From: Apus apus
Taxonomy: Eukaryota
NCBI RefSeq assembly: GCF_020740795.1
Contig: NC_067282.1
Location: 18,025,172 to 18,089,171, forward strand
DNA: 64,000 bases
Direction: 5' to 3'
The notes beneath the pieces were generated by a model. That model searched no databases. It saw only the letters and a list, made by a program, of their open reading frames with translations, and was not told the DNA's origin. The translations under genes and the position numbers were made by a program. Below, piece by piece: positions 23,942-36,573 of this stretch. Positions within the stretch are counted from its first letter, which is position 1; each line of letters begins with the position of its first letter.

Positions 23942-25194
23942 GTGAGTGTTTAATAGTTATGCAATTATTCCAGTAACATTCAAGGTATAGTGCCCAAAAT
24001 AACTCTGAAGAGGACTGAATTACCAGGTTCTGTTACTGTGCAGTGTTGATTGTGCTAATGGGATTGCAAAGCTGGCATATTTACCATACCCTATGCTAGA
24101 ATGAAAGGGAGGTAAATTAAAAAAAAAACCAAACCTGAAAATTATAATATGGTTCAACTTCTTTTTTTCTGTTTTTTTTTGTTTGTTTGTTTTTAATTGT
24201 GAAAAGCTGTCCATAAGAGCTATTAAAATAAGATATATGCAGTCTAGTCTTGTTTACTCTGCTTCTCAGTATTTATTGAGAAAAACAAATAATTTTTTTC
24301 TGCATTAATAAGCATTATAGGTATGGGAGGGAATACCTGGTCACCTTTTTTTTTATGTACAGAACTTGCCATCCTTTTCTAGTTCCCTTTCAGTTGTGTG
24401 AAAACAATGTATTTCTGGGAAGTTACTCTGCAGATTTGACTATCATTCTATCTAATGTTCTTGACATTGGCTTCTAACTGGGCACCCTGTCTCTTTTGAT
24501 GAAAAAAAAATTTAAAATGGGTAAATATAGAGAAACTAAAGAGAGGGTGGTACTAGAAATGGGATCATCTGTGGTTAAATCATTAATACAGGGAAGAATG
24601 AAGTGGGCTTCAGTTACACATAGATAGTCACTCCAAATTTGTTTTTACCGAGTGAATATGCAGCTAAGGTCTAAACCAGCAACTACTCGTTACCAAGTGG
24701 TTGTATCCAAGTATATATTGCCCAGGTATGGAAGGAGTATTGTGCCTGGAACATGGAAACTTCCCTTTGTCTTCAGCAGAGTTCAGTAGTGGACTTCCAA
24801 TTGACATTTTGTCTAATTTTTTTAAAGTAATTTAAAATTAATAGAACAATGGTTTGTGGCACTCAGTTCTGCACTATAGTTCTTTGTGATAGAAACAACT
24901 GAGTAAAGTTTTGGGGAATTTGCTGTTAGCTGAATTAATGGGACTGTTCTTGGTAGACAGCAGTTATTTATGTTAGAGCCTATATACTGATTAATAAACT
25001 AATTCATTATAAGCACAGGATTTTCCCCAAAAAATTTTGGCTCTACTCTTACACAATAGGTAAGCCTATGACATTGCAAAAAGTAGAACACATTTAGTCC
25101 CTTTCAGTCTCTGCATTTGCAATCTTAGTTTTTAATCAAAAAATAATTTTAAAAAACTTCGGCTGCAGTAGGAGCATGTTGAAAGATCAGAGTC

Positions 25195-25290
25195 CAAATA
25201 AAGTTCTTAAAAAGAAGAAGAAAAAAAACAACTTCACACACACAAAAACAAGCAAACAAACAAAACCAAAACAAACCCCTTCAAATAAAA
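25195..25290. repeat. A/C-rich low-complexity tract (CAAAC/CAAAA-type)
   Basis: aagaagaagaaaaaaaacaacttcacacacacaaaaacaagcaaacaaacaaaaccaaaacaaacccc. Similar tracts at 15590..15640, 32790..32880, 34320..34445 and 37590..37640. Confidence 0.7.
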
Positions 25291-26459
25291 AGTTCATAGA
25301 GCAGCTTCATAAATTAGGATGTCTCTCTAATCCTCAAATAAAGAAACCACACAGTTGAAGTAAAGTGTTCAAAATTACAAAAGAGGCTAAGTCCTATTTA
25401 CCACTATTATTTTAGCATTTAGGAACTTAGAGCTTGACTGAAGTTTATTAAATCTTGAAAGCATGAATGTTTGATTTGTAAATGGGTCTTTATGCTTTCA
25501 CCATCCGGGTACTATATACTTGAAGTATCTGAATGGGAAATTATGATCTTTAAGTCCTCTTCTCCATTACTTTGTAAATCATGAGGTCCCTCACTGTGTG
25601 ACAGTCAGGAATGCTAGAAGTCTGAGGTATCTTCTGGGTATTTCATAGGCAATCACTGTCTTTACACTGCTAAGAGCTCAGTCCTTAGTCCAGAGCCTGT
25701 TATCTGAGGAAAAATATTCTGAGCATGTGCTTAAGCTGAGGGAAGGTGTGGAGCATTCTGTTCTTCACTCAGACCTTTACACAATAATTAAGTAGAGCAT
25801 TCAGCTAGCAAGGATAAAAGTAAGAAGCAATAAGGAGGGAATCTGAATCTTTTGGTTTGTGTAATTACTAGAAAGGAAGGACATGAATCTTGGTGACAGA
25901 TCTGTCCAGTAACTATTGTATGTAAAACACACGAATCTTGCTGGAGGTGTGATTGCAGCCCAAGTTTTCCTCCTCTCAAGCGTATTTCTTAATTGGGAAG
26001 TCTTTCTTAATTGGGAGCTATTACCTCCAGATAGCCTGAACTGTGATATTTGTAGTTCAGCCAAGACAGTGAGGGCTCTGAGTTTTCTCATTAAAAGAAT
26101 TTTTAGTACAAGATAAATTTGCTGGCAATAATTTAAATACTTACAGACTCTGAGCTGCATAGAATTATATGGGGTTTTATGTGACACATCTTTGAATTTA
26201 GATCCCAAAATGTCAAGATCATTTCATATGACTTTAGACATGAAAACACATTTTTTAATTCTCCTTCAACATCAACAAATAGGTCTTGAAGTTAGTTTTT
26301 AATCTCTCTGGTGATTGTTCTTGTATGTTTGTATGTTCAACAAACAAGCTGAACGTTACTTTGAGATTTGGAATAAGACTTTCTCTTTTAGAAGTGGATT
26401 GATCTTTAATGCACTTTCCAAGTCATGAGGTCTCAAAAATGGTTTCAAATTTCTTGCAG

Positions 26460-26597
26460 TAACTGTCCAGTGAGAATTTTGCAAGTTTATAGGGTTGGCA
26501 GAATAAGTGAAACAGCAGAATTTCTGAGCAGCCTTGGAAATATTCAGTCCTTATTCCATGCATCATCTGTGTGCAACTTCATGGGAATTCTTTCCAG
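26460..26597 (+). CDS. PARP4: PARP4 exon
   Basis: ttcttgcag|T; NCPVRILQVYRVGRISETAEFLSSLGNIQSLFHASSVCNFMGILS vs human VDVLQIFRVGRVNETTEFLSKLGNVRPLLHGSPVQNIVGILC; donor CAG|gtaaaa. Confidence 0.9.
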
Positions 26598-27026
26598 GTA
26601 AAAATTTACATTCCCTTTTTTGTGACAATGAATCAGGCTTAGCTATGTTCTTAAATATATTTTGGCTTCTAAATGTATTTATTTTTATGAAGTTTTTTTT
26701 GCATTATGTTTAGCCTGGTTTTTACTGTTAACATTCATATGAACATCCATACACTTCCACAGACATCTGGAAGGAAAATCAATCTCCTGTAATGATAAAT
26801 TTAATTACTCTCCAGGTAGATTAGGCTTGAGATGCAGCTATTTGGATATGATGATGAATCGTGTGGTTTAAATCCAGATGAAAGATGAGAAAGTGGAAAG
26901 AGTAGGAAAGCAATGGCTTTGTGGAAAGTTTATTTGGTTTTATGAAAAAATTGCATCGATGATGTCTTCTTTCCTATCTAGATAGGTCTTGTACTTCATT
27001 CATTGTGTGACCTTCTTTTTCTCTAG

Positions 27027-27125
27027 AGGACTCCTGATGCCAAAAGTGGTTGTTGAAGATCATGGTGTGGAAAGAACTGACGCTGGGAATCTGGGCAGTG
27101 GCATTTACTTCAGTGATTCTGTTAG
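27027..27125 (+). CDS. PARP4: PARP4 exon (start of PARP catalytic region)
   Basis: tctctag|A; RGLLMPKVVVEDHGVERTDAGNLGSGIYFSDSV vs human RGLLLPKVVEDRGVQRTDVGNLGSGIYFSDSL; donor TAG|gtctga. Confidence 0.92.
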
Positions 27126-27341
27126 GTCTGAGTAACGACAATATCTCTTTACTTTATCGTTTGTGTATTCTTTTTACTTTTCAAGTTAAGTAGATAAATG
27201 CTTCATACGTTTAAGGTAATATAATGATGAAGTTTATTCCTGTCCATCTGCTCAGAAGTACTTGTGTATCCTTAGCCTGCTATGATGTTTAACATAAAAT
27301 GTCATGTTAACAAAATGTATATGATCTTTCTTTACATCTAG

Positions 27342-27525
27342 TGCCAGTATTAAGTATTCTTTACCCAGTGAAATGGACGGATCCCGGCTTCTGGCAGTTT
27401 GTGATGTTGCACTTGGATCCTGCTTAGATTTGGTTGAACGAGATTATTCGTTAAACCAGGCACCCTCAGGGTATGACAGTGTGCACGGAGTCCGCAGAAC
27501 AGCAGGCACCTCTTCAGACTTCGAG
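27342..27525 (+). CDS. PARP4: PARP4 exon (PARP catalytic domain)
   Basis: catctag|T; SASIKYSLPSEMDGSRLLAVCDVALGSCLDLVERDYSLNQAPSGYDSVHGVRRTAGTSSDFE vs human STSIKYSHPGETDGTRLLLICDVALGKCMDLHEKDFSLTEAPPGYDSVHGVSQTASVTTDFE; donor GAG|gtactg. Confidence 0.95.
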
Positions 27526-28215
27526 GTACTGACCCCGCAGGACTGGGCACTGGAAAAGGCACCACATTTTGGATTTATTATACTGCTGATAGATAATGAA
27601 TGAGAGTAACCTGCAGTTCAGTCGAGACACTAAATCATTAGACAGTCATGAGTAAAATCACTTTTGTGTCCCTTGTATCCCCTAAAGTGCATATAAAAAT
27701 TATAAGCCTCTACACTGTTATTTGTAAAGAATTCTTGCAAGAAAATGGTACTTAAAAGAAAGATGTAAATATTATATTTTATTATAACTGAATCATTGTA
27801 TAAATCTGTGGTCTGTGATATTTAACTTACTATTTGGGACCAATATTCTATTCTGTATGGAATAAGAAATCACTATCATGGGAAGTTCATTGTTTTAGAA
27901 ATGAACCCAGTGGATAAAAATCCCTGTCCTCTTGATTTGGTACTGTAAGGGAGGGATTATAGCTGTAGTGGCACAGTAACAGGTACAGTTGCTCTCTAAA
28001 TATCCAACAGATTTTTACTTTTTTGGTTTTAGTTATTTTGAGGTATCATTGTGCTTGATGGAATGTGGAGAATGCAAACTAAGACGATAACAGATGCAAG
28101 TGATATGTCTAAAATTACGTGTCATTGAGGTTCACCTCTTTATCAATTTGCATTGTTTTAGCTTTTATCTACAGCTGTGTTCTTATTGTAACATACTTTT
28201 CTTTGTTTCTACCAG

Positions 28216-28378
28216 GATGATGAATTTGTTGTGTATAAAACCTGTCAGGTTAAAATTAGATATGTTGTTAAGTTTTGCCTTGCTGAAGATCAAATCAAAC
28301 CGTTTCAGCCTGCAGTTGGGATGGAACTGGAGCAAGATACCAATGAGCCGGAGTCGCCATGTCATTTACAGCATGAGA
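28216..28378 (+). CDS. PARP4: PARP4 exon (PARP catalytic C-terminus)
   Basis: ctaccag|GAT; DDEFVVYKTCQVKIRYVVKFCLAEDQIKPFQPAVGMELEQD... vs human DDEFVVYKTNQVKMKYIIKFSMPGDQIKDFHPSDHTELEE; donor A|gtaaga, phase 1. Confidence 0.93.
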
Positions 28379-28902
28379 GTAAGAGATGGTTTTTGTTTGT
28401 ATATTGACTTGCTTCCAGAGTTTCCTAATACTTATCAGAACCCTTCCTGGAGTACTTGTATGAAGATAACATCATAAAGAATAATTTGTAGTTTATTTGC
28501 AGATGTTACCGAATTAGTGTTATGTGTCATCTGTGTAGCATCTGTTTAACAGATTTCCTCTAGGTGTAATTACCAAGAGCAGTTGCAACTCCTCCTGTCA
28601 CAGTGTGTTTCAAAAGAAGCACTTTTGCATAAATCATCATATGGTCTTTAAATAATTCAAATGCAAGATTCTAAACAAAGACCTTGTAAGACCGTAAGGA
28701 GCTATTGTGAACTGATGATCTCTTAGACAGCCTACAGATCAGCAATGCAACTCAAGCATTCATAACAGAAAATGAGTGGTACTTTTGTGTGTGAATTGCA
28801 TAAATAAAAATGGGCCATTGATAGAGGATTAGTTTAAATCATGTTTCCCAAATGTATATTTCAAAAAAGATCTGTTTAATCTTTCATAAACTCTTTGTTT
28901 AG

Positions 28903-29027
28903 GCTATGCATTGCCAAGTGCAAATCCTTTGAATCCTGAAAAAACTGGTCTTCAGGACAGATTGGGAAATCCGATCCCTCTGGAAGGTGTTTATATCAAG
29001 GGGAGGATAATAGACTTTGTAGCACAG
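28903..29027 (+). CDS. PARP4: PARP4 exon
   Basis: tttgtttag|GC; SYALPSANPLNPEKTGLQDRLGNPIPLEGVYIKGRIIDFVAQ vs human ...STKAGLQDASGNLVPLEDVHIKGRIIDTVAQ; donor CAG|gtagag. Confidence 0.92.
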
Positions 29028-29421
29028 GTAGAGTATGCTATTTATTGTCCTTTTCCATAACTCAGCCCTGAAAAATTAATCTGTTTGTTTAATAGTGTTT
29101 TAGTCAAAATACTGTTTAGTCAAAATACTATTTAGACAAAATACTATTATTTATTTACTATTATTTACTCTTTTTCTGGAAAAGATTATGTTAATATTTT
29201 AGAAATTAAAAGTTCTACAGCTCCTTGCATGTTTCTGGAGATAACCATTTGTCAAGCACTGATGAATGTTATACCTTCATTTCTAAGGTACAAATAGAAG
29301 TTCAGGATGTCGCAGAATTCTTGATGTTTTGCAGTGCCAAGCAGTTATGCTGTTACACTTAAAGTACTGATGTTTTAATCACACTTTAACATTACAGTCA
29401 TGCAATAAATATTCTTTCTAG

Positions 29422-29553
29422 GTAGTAATGTTTCAGACCTACACCAATCATAACAGTAAACCAATTGAAGCTAAATATGTCTTTCCTTTGGATGACAAAG
29501 CTGCTGTTTGTGGATTTGAAGCTTTTATCAATGGAAAACACGTAATTGGACAG
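29422..29553 (+). CDS. PARP4: PARP4 exon (VIT domain)
   Basis: ctttctag|GTA; VVMFQTYTNHNSKPIEAKYVFPLDDKAAVCGFEAFINGKHVIGQ vs human VIVFQTYTNKSHVPIEAKYIFPLDDKAAVCGFEAFINGKHIVGE; donor CAG|gtaaaa. Confidence 0.95.
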
Positions 29554-29777
29554 GTAAAATGCTATTGTACTTTGCCTTTGATGTAACTACTTCAATGTCA
29601 AGATCTGAAAGCACTTAATTAGTGATGAAAATATGCAACACTAATTTTGGTTTCTCTCCTGTCCTTTGTTGTTAGCGCTTGACTGGATTTCAAGGTAGTC
29701 ATGTCATTTAAGAGAATATTGATTAAGTTTTCTGTCTTTAGAAATGAAGTGACTTATTTTGGAACAATCTTTCATAG

Positions 29778-29864
29778 GTTAAAGAAAAGAAAAAAGCACA
29801 CAGGGAGTATCGGGAAGCCATCAGTCAGGGTGATGGAGCTTATCTAATGGACCAGGATGCACCG
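29778..29864 (+). CDS. PARP4: PARP4 exon (VIT domain)
   Basis: ttcatag|GTT; VKEKKKAHREYREAISQGDGAYLMDQDAP vs human IKEKEEAQQEYLEAVTQGHGAYLMSQDAP; donor CCG|gtatgt. Confidence 0.93.
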
Positions 29865-30323
29865 GTATGTTGAATACTGTGGTTTAGTACCTGCTTGAAA
29901 ATTCTGCAGTTGTCCAATTACAGATTCTTTGCTGAATCGTGCCTTTATCGGGAAACTCCTTTTTACTAGAACTCATTTGAACCACACATTTGATAATTTT
30001 TAAAGGCAATTATTGTTTGTTTAATATGTGCTGTGGCTTAAATAAAACAGATACCTCTCTTTCAGGTGGTTCCCCCCCTTTATTTTTTTAAGTTTGAATT
30101 TTTCACTTACTATTGGTCTGTTTTTGCCAGAAATGAAGGAATTATTGGAAGTTTGACATTTCATATCATAGCCCCATCTTTCCCTATACTTCACCAGAGC
30201 CAAATAGTCGTTTCTGTATTAGCATTTGTTCTCAGTGTGCCTAAATACCTAAATACCTAAATTGTATTATTGTTTTAGAAAGCATAAACTTTAATTATGT
30301 CATTAAAGCTAGTTTGTGGTTTT

Positions 30324-30488
30324 TGGTTTTTAGGATGTTTTTGTAATAAGTGTTGGAAACTTACCTCCAAGTTCTACAGTTGTGATCAAAATCACGTATA
30401 TCACTGAACTGAGTTTTCAACATGGTTCTATCACCTTTCATATGCCTGCTTCTGTGTCACCATGGCAACAGGACAAAGCATTAAATGA
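30324..30488 (+). CDS. PARP4: PARP4 exon (VIT domain)
   Basis: ggtttttag|GAT; DVFVISVGNLPPSSTVVIKITYITELSFQHGSITFHMPASVSPWQQDKALNENTQ vs human DVFTVSVGNLPPKAKVLIKITYITELSILGTVGVFFMPATVAPWQQDKALNENLQ; donor CAG|gtttgt. Confidence 0.95.
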
Positions 30489-31285
30489 AAACACACAGGT
30501 TTGTTAAAATACTGTCTTAAAATACCATCTTCTTGTTTTGAAGCAGAAGTTCTGTATCTGTAGGATTGTAGTTACACAAGAGGCTTCAGGAAGTTTATGA
30601 TTTTTCCAATTTTCATTTATTTTCTTTTGTTAGAAGGTAATTGTAACCACTCCTGTTATGAGGCAATGTGAACATGCACTTAGGAATGCTGTGGCTGGTA
30701 GAAAACCTCTGTGTCTGAGGATGCATTTGCTCCTGCAGGACTTAAAAAGTTAACTTGAGTTGGCACATGTTAGATCTCATCTTTTGAGTTACCTGCTGTT
30801 TGTGTGCTGCTATTCCTCTTTGGCTTGCAAAGGCATTGTATTATCTCCATCATGAAATGGCAGCCAAGCGTTTGCTGAACATTGTGCCATTATTATCCTT
30901 CTCTGCTTCAGGAACAAGGTTGCCCACCTTGTTTGGATTCCCTTGATGGCTTCTGAATTCTCCAGGTGGGAAGGAAGGTCATCTCTGTGTTAAAATGCTG
31001 GCAAAGAGCCAGAAATGGTCCTTGTGGTCCTAGTCTCTGTGAAATCATGTAGCACTGAGTTTTGAAGTTCACTGTGTCCTTAGGAGAGAAACATGCAGCG
31101 GTTATTCTGAATTTTAGCTACTGTGATGCTCAGATAACAAAGCTATATGATTAAATGGAGTTCCATGTAATCCCAACTTAGGGACTTAATAAGAGAAAGG
31201 ATTTCCAAGGCAATTAAAGTGTCAGGAGGGACATACAAATATTTCGTAACTGGTGCAGTTAAAAATGTTTTTTTTTTCTTTGTAG

Positions 31286-31332
31286 GATACAATAAAAAAA
31301 GTTTGTGTTAAACAAGTAAAACCACAGAAAAA
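31286..31332 (+). CDS. PARP4: PARP4 short exon
   Basis: ctttgtag|GAT; DTIKKVCVKQVKPQK vs human DTVEKICIKEIGTKQ; donor AA|gtaagt, phase 2. Confidence 0.8.
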
Positions 31333-33449
31333 GTAAGTTGCTTTCATTACTATTGTTGTCTGGTTTAATTTATCAATACCTTAAATTATTAAGTTAAAAA
31401 ATTTAAATTAACATTTTTCTATTTACAAGAAATATTTGTTGGTAAGTTGCATTATTTAGTCTAATTTTGCCTTTCACTCTGATCTGTTGTTAAGCTTAGA
31501 TAGGTAATATAATTGAGGAATAGCTTCTAATTATTATACTTTTTCATTGCTAAATACTTCCTTTTGTTTCAGATAAATTCCCAAGTCATAGAACTCAGGA
31601 CCATGATGTTAATCTTTTTCAATATTGTTGTATTTAATATTTTTGCCTTTCTTAGCATTTGCATTTTAGATAAAAATTTGTAATTATCTGAAACTGTGAT
31701 GTACTTGGTAAATTAAGACTTCTTAGAAACTGAGTTTTATAGCTTTATTCCTGGTGACATTTCTGCATATGGCCGTTCTCAACCAAAATAACAAGCAATG
31801 CAGGTGATAGTGGCAGTAAATGTACAAAAACTTAATGCTATTCATATTTCCATATAAAAAAAAGTGCTTTTCATGAGTATGTCCTAGTTTCCCCTCTGTT
31901 TTGTCTACACAAAACTACATCTGTTATGATTTTCTAAAGTTATATTTAATCTTGAAATAGTGTTTCCTATTATTGACTTGCTTTTATTCAGTAAAGTTAC
32001 TGTTGGTTAGTAGAAATACTGTACTGGTTAGCTAAAGATTTGATGCTGGTTTTGCCATATATCAAGAATAAATTAACAAGTTCATACACTGCACATACAG
32101 TTGAAAATATAATACAATTCATATTCTAAATTTAAAAAAAAAATAGATAATGTGAATAAGAATTGGAAAAAGAATATTGTGGGAGGATGGAGATCAGGTA
32201 TCTCTGTCTCATTCTTTCCAGTTTCAAGTTCTAGAGGGAGTAGCACAAAGACATCCAAGTTAGCTGAAAATATATATTAACATAATACATTTTTGTGGCT
32301 GCAGGCTCATTCCCTCTGCAGATATTTTGGGGCGTATGTATTGCATGTTTTATCCACAAGCATCTTAAGGATAATGGATATGTGGCTATAAAGAGAAAAT
32401 AATTTCTCATAAGATATGCAGAGGATATGCAGATTCATGGTATATGAATAAGAATTGAGATTAGGACTCAGAATAGTCAAGAATATTTATTGAAATGGGC
32501 CCCTGTAACCAAAGTGCTGAAATGCAAGGTTACGCTTAGATGAAATGATTGCAGCCCTGTGCTTCTGCATCTTGGAAGATGATAACCTGGAATACAGCAA
32601 CTACTGATAAATCAGGGTTTATTACTCACCCAATAAGTAATGAAGGTGGAATGAACAGCCTGTGATACTGTGGCAGAAATGGTGAATGCAGTCTTAAAAT
32701 ATACAAACCAAGAAGTGGTGAAGAGACAAGATTATTTTACTTTGTCAGGCAAGACTGACTGAAATTGGCAAAATGCCAAGGTGAAGACCTTAAAAAAAAA
32801 AATAAAGCAAACAGAAACATAAAAAACTCAAAACCAAACACAACAACACAATAACCCCAGCCTCAAGGACACACACACTGACCTCTGTCTGCAAATTGGG
32901 AGGTGATTCCATGACATTGTATGGTATCTTTGTCTTTTATGTATCTTGTATTGTATGATTGTACCTATCAAAATGCTTTTTAATGTAATTACAGAAATAA
33001 AATAAGAAGCAAAGATGGGAAATTAAAGCTGAATAAGAAAAAATGACATGCAGTTTTAGCAGTGAGGTTTGGAATGGTTAGCCAGGGAAAATTACAAACT
33101 TGCCTTCTCTGAAATCCTGTTTGGCTGTCCATTATGAAGCTTTACTTTAGAAAGTAAAGCATCATGTTAAATGAAGAGATAATTGGGTAAAATGTTGTGT
33201 AATGTCTTGCAGAGATCATGTCATACGGCCTCTTGATTCCTTCTAACACTTTTTCACTGTGAATACCCATGGTGAAACAGCTGTTTATTCTTTGGGTATT
33301 CTAGAGACAGAAGCTTGTCTAACTAGTTCAGTATTCTCCACTTTCAACCAAAGAGTTAAAAAGGTCAGGGAACAGCTCATTCTCAAGGGGATGTCATAGC
33401 ATGCCTTGGAGTGTCATTCAGGTGTTTTTTTCTCTTTTCTTTTTATTTA

Positions 33450-33531
33450 GTGTATTTTCTGTGGATATGTCTATTGAGATGCCATCTAGTATTGAACGCA
33501 TACATAGTTGGACACATAAACTTAAAATAAA
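33450..33531 (+). CDS. PARP4: PARP4 exon
   Basis: tttatttag|T; NVFSVDMSIEMPSSIERIHSWTHKLKIK vs human SFSLTMSIEMPYVIEFIFSDTHELKQK; donor AAG|gtaaat. Confidence 0.85.
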
Positions 33532-33948
33532 GGTAAATTAATTCCACTGTAACTATGCCTCTGCTTTGGCAGTTCTGCTGTATAGTTTAAATGAAATTTT
33601 TATTCCAGAAAACAATTGTGCTAGATCTGTCTGGCTTTGTGCCCTGCTCATTCTGCAAACAGCTTGGTCCTCTGTTTCTTTTGGATAAAAATTTCTGTTC
33701 TGCTTGAAGCCTTTCTGTTTTAATTGTCTTCTTATCTAAAAAACATTCAGGAAAGTGAATGATATTTTAAAGATTGTAGTATGTAAATAGAAACTGTACC
33801 TTGTAAACTTTCTATAGCCTTTTTGGCAAAAAGCTCTGGGACCACCCCTGTTAAATTTGCTGTCATTATTCCCTGTTCTTACAAAATAAATAATACTCAC
33901 TACTGTCAATAAATAAATTTTTAAATGCCTGTTTTTCTCATCTTCTAG

Positions 33949-34086
33949 AAAACAGAATGCAAGGCTGTAATTCAGACTGTGGAGAACAGCTCCTTGGATG
34001 TTAGTGGCTTTGTTCTAGATATCTGGATTTCACAGGTCTACCTGCCTCGAATGTGGGTAGAGAAGCATCCCAACAAAAAGAGTGAG
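33949..34086 (+). CDS. PARP4: PARP4 exon
   Basis: tcttctag|AAA; KTECKAVIQTVENSSLDVSGFVLDIWISQVYLPRMWVEKHPNKKSE vs human RTDCKAVISTMEGSSLDSSGFSLHIGLSAAYLPRMWVEKHPEKESE; donor GAG|gtactg. Confidence 0.93.
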
Positions 34087-34257
34087 GTACTGCATAACTT
34101 GTACTGCTCATGAGGTAGTGAATATGCTAAAACACAATGCAGACACAGTTTAGTTTTGATGGGTAAAAGATTAAGAAAAACGTCACGCCATGGACAGTGG
34201 TCAATTTGATGTGTTTTATTAAGCTGAGTATTTTCCAGAAAGGAGTTTTCTTTTCAG

Positions 34258-34660
34258 TTGCGTAGAATCAAAGAATTGTCACTGTTGGAAAAGACCTCTA
34301 AGATCACTTTGTCCAACCGTCCACCCAGAGGTGGGGGAACAACAGGACCCACCCAAACAAACAATAACAACAAAAAAACTCCCACAACCACACACCCCAC
34401 AAAACCAACACCATCACACAACCCACAAAAAACCTATCATGCCCACTAGAGCATGCCCTGGAGTGCCACATCTACACTTTTCTTGAATACCTCCAGGGAT
34501 GGTGACTCAACCACCTCCCTGGGCTGCTTGTTCCAGTGCCTAACTACTCTTCCAGTAAAGAAATTCTTCCTAATATATGGTCTAAACCTCCCCTGGCATG
34601 CCTTCAGGCCATCTTGTTGCATTTGTTTTATCCTTTGCCTCGTAAGGAGGTAAAAGTTTC
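34258..34660 (-). mobile_element. CR1 3' fragment (minus orientation) with internal A/C-rich low-complexity expansion
   Basis: Reverse complement of the CR1 3' end: ...GAATCAAAGAATTGTCACTGTTGGAAAAGACCTCTAAGATCACTTTGTCCAACC... then ...CTCCAGGGATGGTGACTCAACCACCTCCCTGGGCTGCTTGTTCCAGTGCCTAACTACTCTTCCAGTAAAGAAATTCTTCC.... Segment 34320..34445 is an A/C-rich insertion or expansion inside it. Confidence 0.8.
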
Positions 34661-36068
34661 AACACAGTGCCCAATTATTTCTGTCAAAACACTTTTTTCT
34701 AACAATTGTGTTGCTGTTCATGTTTCACAGATATGTGACTACAGTGTTTGATAAAGATGTTGCATTTGGAGCAGTGGAAGTGAAAAAATATCTGATGGCT
34801 GAAGCTGGAACTGAGTAACTTCAGGGTCATGCTGACTCTAAAGGGCTGTATTTACAGCTTACACACAAATATTTATAGAATCTGTCAGTGTTTTATTTTA
34901 AGGCATCTGGCCTTTCTAGATTTTGCATTCTGTTGTAGTTATTACTGCTGCAGTGATTGTTCCCAAAGGCATTTGAATCTTTTCTTTTTCACTAATAAGT
35001 GAAAAGTACACAGCCAGCTCTTCTAACACTCTGGATCACACATAAACAGAACCCAGCTGTGGCTGTGTCACAGAAGAGTTCATTAAAAAAAAACATTAAT
35101 AAAAAGTTAGCTAGGAAAGGAAGGACCAGTTAAACCCCTCTTACCTTCACCCACAATAACTCCTTGCCTGAGAATTACATTTAAAACTTAAAAAATGTGT
35201 TTGGAGGATATTAGAAGCTGTTTCAGTCTCCCACATTTCTTGTGAAGTCTCTGGCACTTTTAGTCATTTTCAGCTCTGTTTTCTGTTTTTTTTTCTTAAA
35301 TAAGATAAAATGCTACAGAGCTGAAATGTAAGGTCTTGCTGTTACCAATCTGTCAAATCAGTTTTGAAATTGATTAAGATAAGTAAAATGACAGCTAAGA
35401 TAGTTTTCCTTCAGACAATAATGTATTTTATTTTTCTTCCTTTTAATCAGAGTTGCCTAGTTTAAATGCATTAGTTAAGGGATTTATTTCTGATGACTGC
35501 AGTAATACTGATATTCCTCTAAGGAAAAGAGAAAGAAAAAGATGCCTATTTGTGTTTCCAAACTGCAAACTTTTCCTTCCCTACTGGAAACACTTTCACT
35601 CCTTCAAGCATTTCATTGTTCCACTTTTGGAAACCTTTGGTTTTTATAGCATATCTGTTCCTACCAAGAACAGAATGCTCTTCTAGTTTACTTTTTTTTT
35701 TTTAATTCTGGTACTTCTCACAAACTGATGGTGGCAATGATGACTGTAAAACATTATGTCTGTGGGGTTTTTTATTTTCCTTAACTAGTAGAAGAGAATC
35801 CTGTGTTATTTACAAAAGAGTGAATTAGATAGGAACATGAACCCATAAAGTTCCTTTTTCAGTTTCTCAAGTGAGACCTGGGATATAAGAAAAGGACAGA
35901 GAAATTGCACTTTTCAGGCATTAAGAGTAAATTATGCATGTTTGATAAAACTTTGAAATATGGCTATATTCTGCTTCCATTCCATAAGAAAAATGAAGAT
36001 GGTTGGCTTCACTTGTAATGGAATAGTATTTGTCCAGTGCACTGATGATTTTGTTTCTTCCTCGACAG

Positions 36069-36264
36069 GCTTGCATGCTTGTATTCCAGCCAGAATTTGC
36101 AACAGCACTTGAAGAAGTGCAGCTGTCCAGTGAAGTTGTTATTTTATTAGATTGCTCAAATTCTATGGCAGGATCAGCTCTGCACCAAGCAAAGCAGATT
36201 GCTTTACGTGTTTTGGAACTAACTGCTTTCAGACAAAGAGTGAATGTAATAAAAATTGGCACAA
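36069..36264 (+). CDS. PARP4: PARP4 exon (vWA domain start)
   Basis: ctcgacag|GCT; ACMLVFQPEFATALEEVQLSSEVVILLDCSNSMAGSALHQAKQIALRVLELTAFRQRVNVIKIGT vs human ACMLVFQPDLDVDLPDLASESEVIICLDCSSSMEGVTFLQAKQIALHALSLVGEKQKVNIIQFGT; donor A|gtgagt, phase 1. Confidence 0.93.
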
Positions 36265-36498
36265 GTGAGTTTTTCTATTTCCTTTTTACCTGACAGCCAC
36301 CTTTTACCTTCTTGTCCTGGCTTAATTTTATGCATGTCATTATTAGCAGGCCAGCACAACACACTGAAGTGCAACCAAGATCATGCAGCAGTATGGAATA
36401 TTTCTACTTTGATATTGCAGTCATAAAACTTAAACTTGTGTTTCCATATGTTGCTACATGCTTAATATTTTAATGCTTTTAATATGCTTTATTCACAG

Positions 36499-36573
36499 AT
36501 TTCACAGAATTTTCTTCTTTTCCAATGAACATCATAAATGATTTGGAATCTCTGAAGGAGTTTATTACAGTAA
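36499..36573 (+). CDS. PARP4: PARP4 exon (vWA); 3' end at the downstream of two tandem donors
   Basis: attcacag|AT; (N)FTEFSSFPMNIINDLESLKEFITV vs human (G)YKELFSYPKHI.... Donor ACAGTAA|gtaaat at 36574 keeps the frame into the next exon. The stronger-looking donor ACA|gtaagt at 36570 would run into a stop in the next exon. Confidence 0.65.

Noticed and set aside
25801-26208. 135-aa minus-strand ORF in a PARP4 intron (also 51623..52039 minus, 138 aa)
   Set aside because: - No homology and no splice or promoter context.
- Typical chance ORFs in AT-rich intronic DNA. 51623..52039 lies inside the duplicated intronic unit.
26835-26900. snoRNA-like ATGATGATGA (C-box-like) motif in a PARP4 intron
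   Set aside because: - No matching D box (CTGA) with a terminal stem within the 60-120 nt expected for a C/D snoRNA, so there is no support beyond a chance motif.
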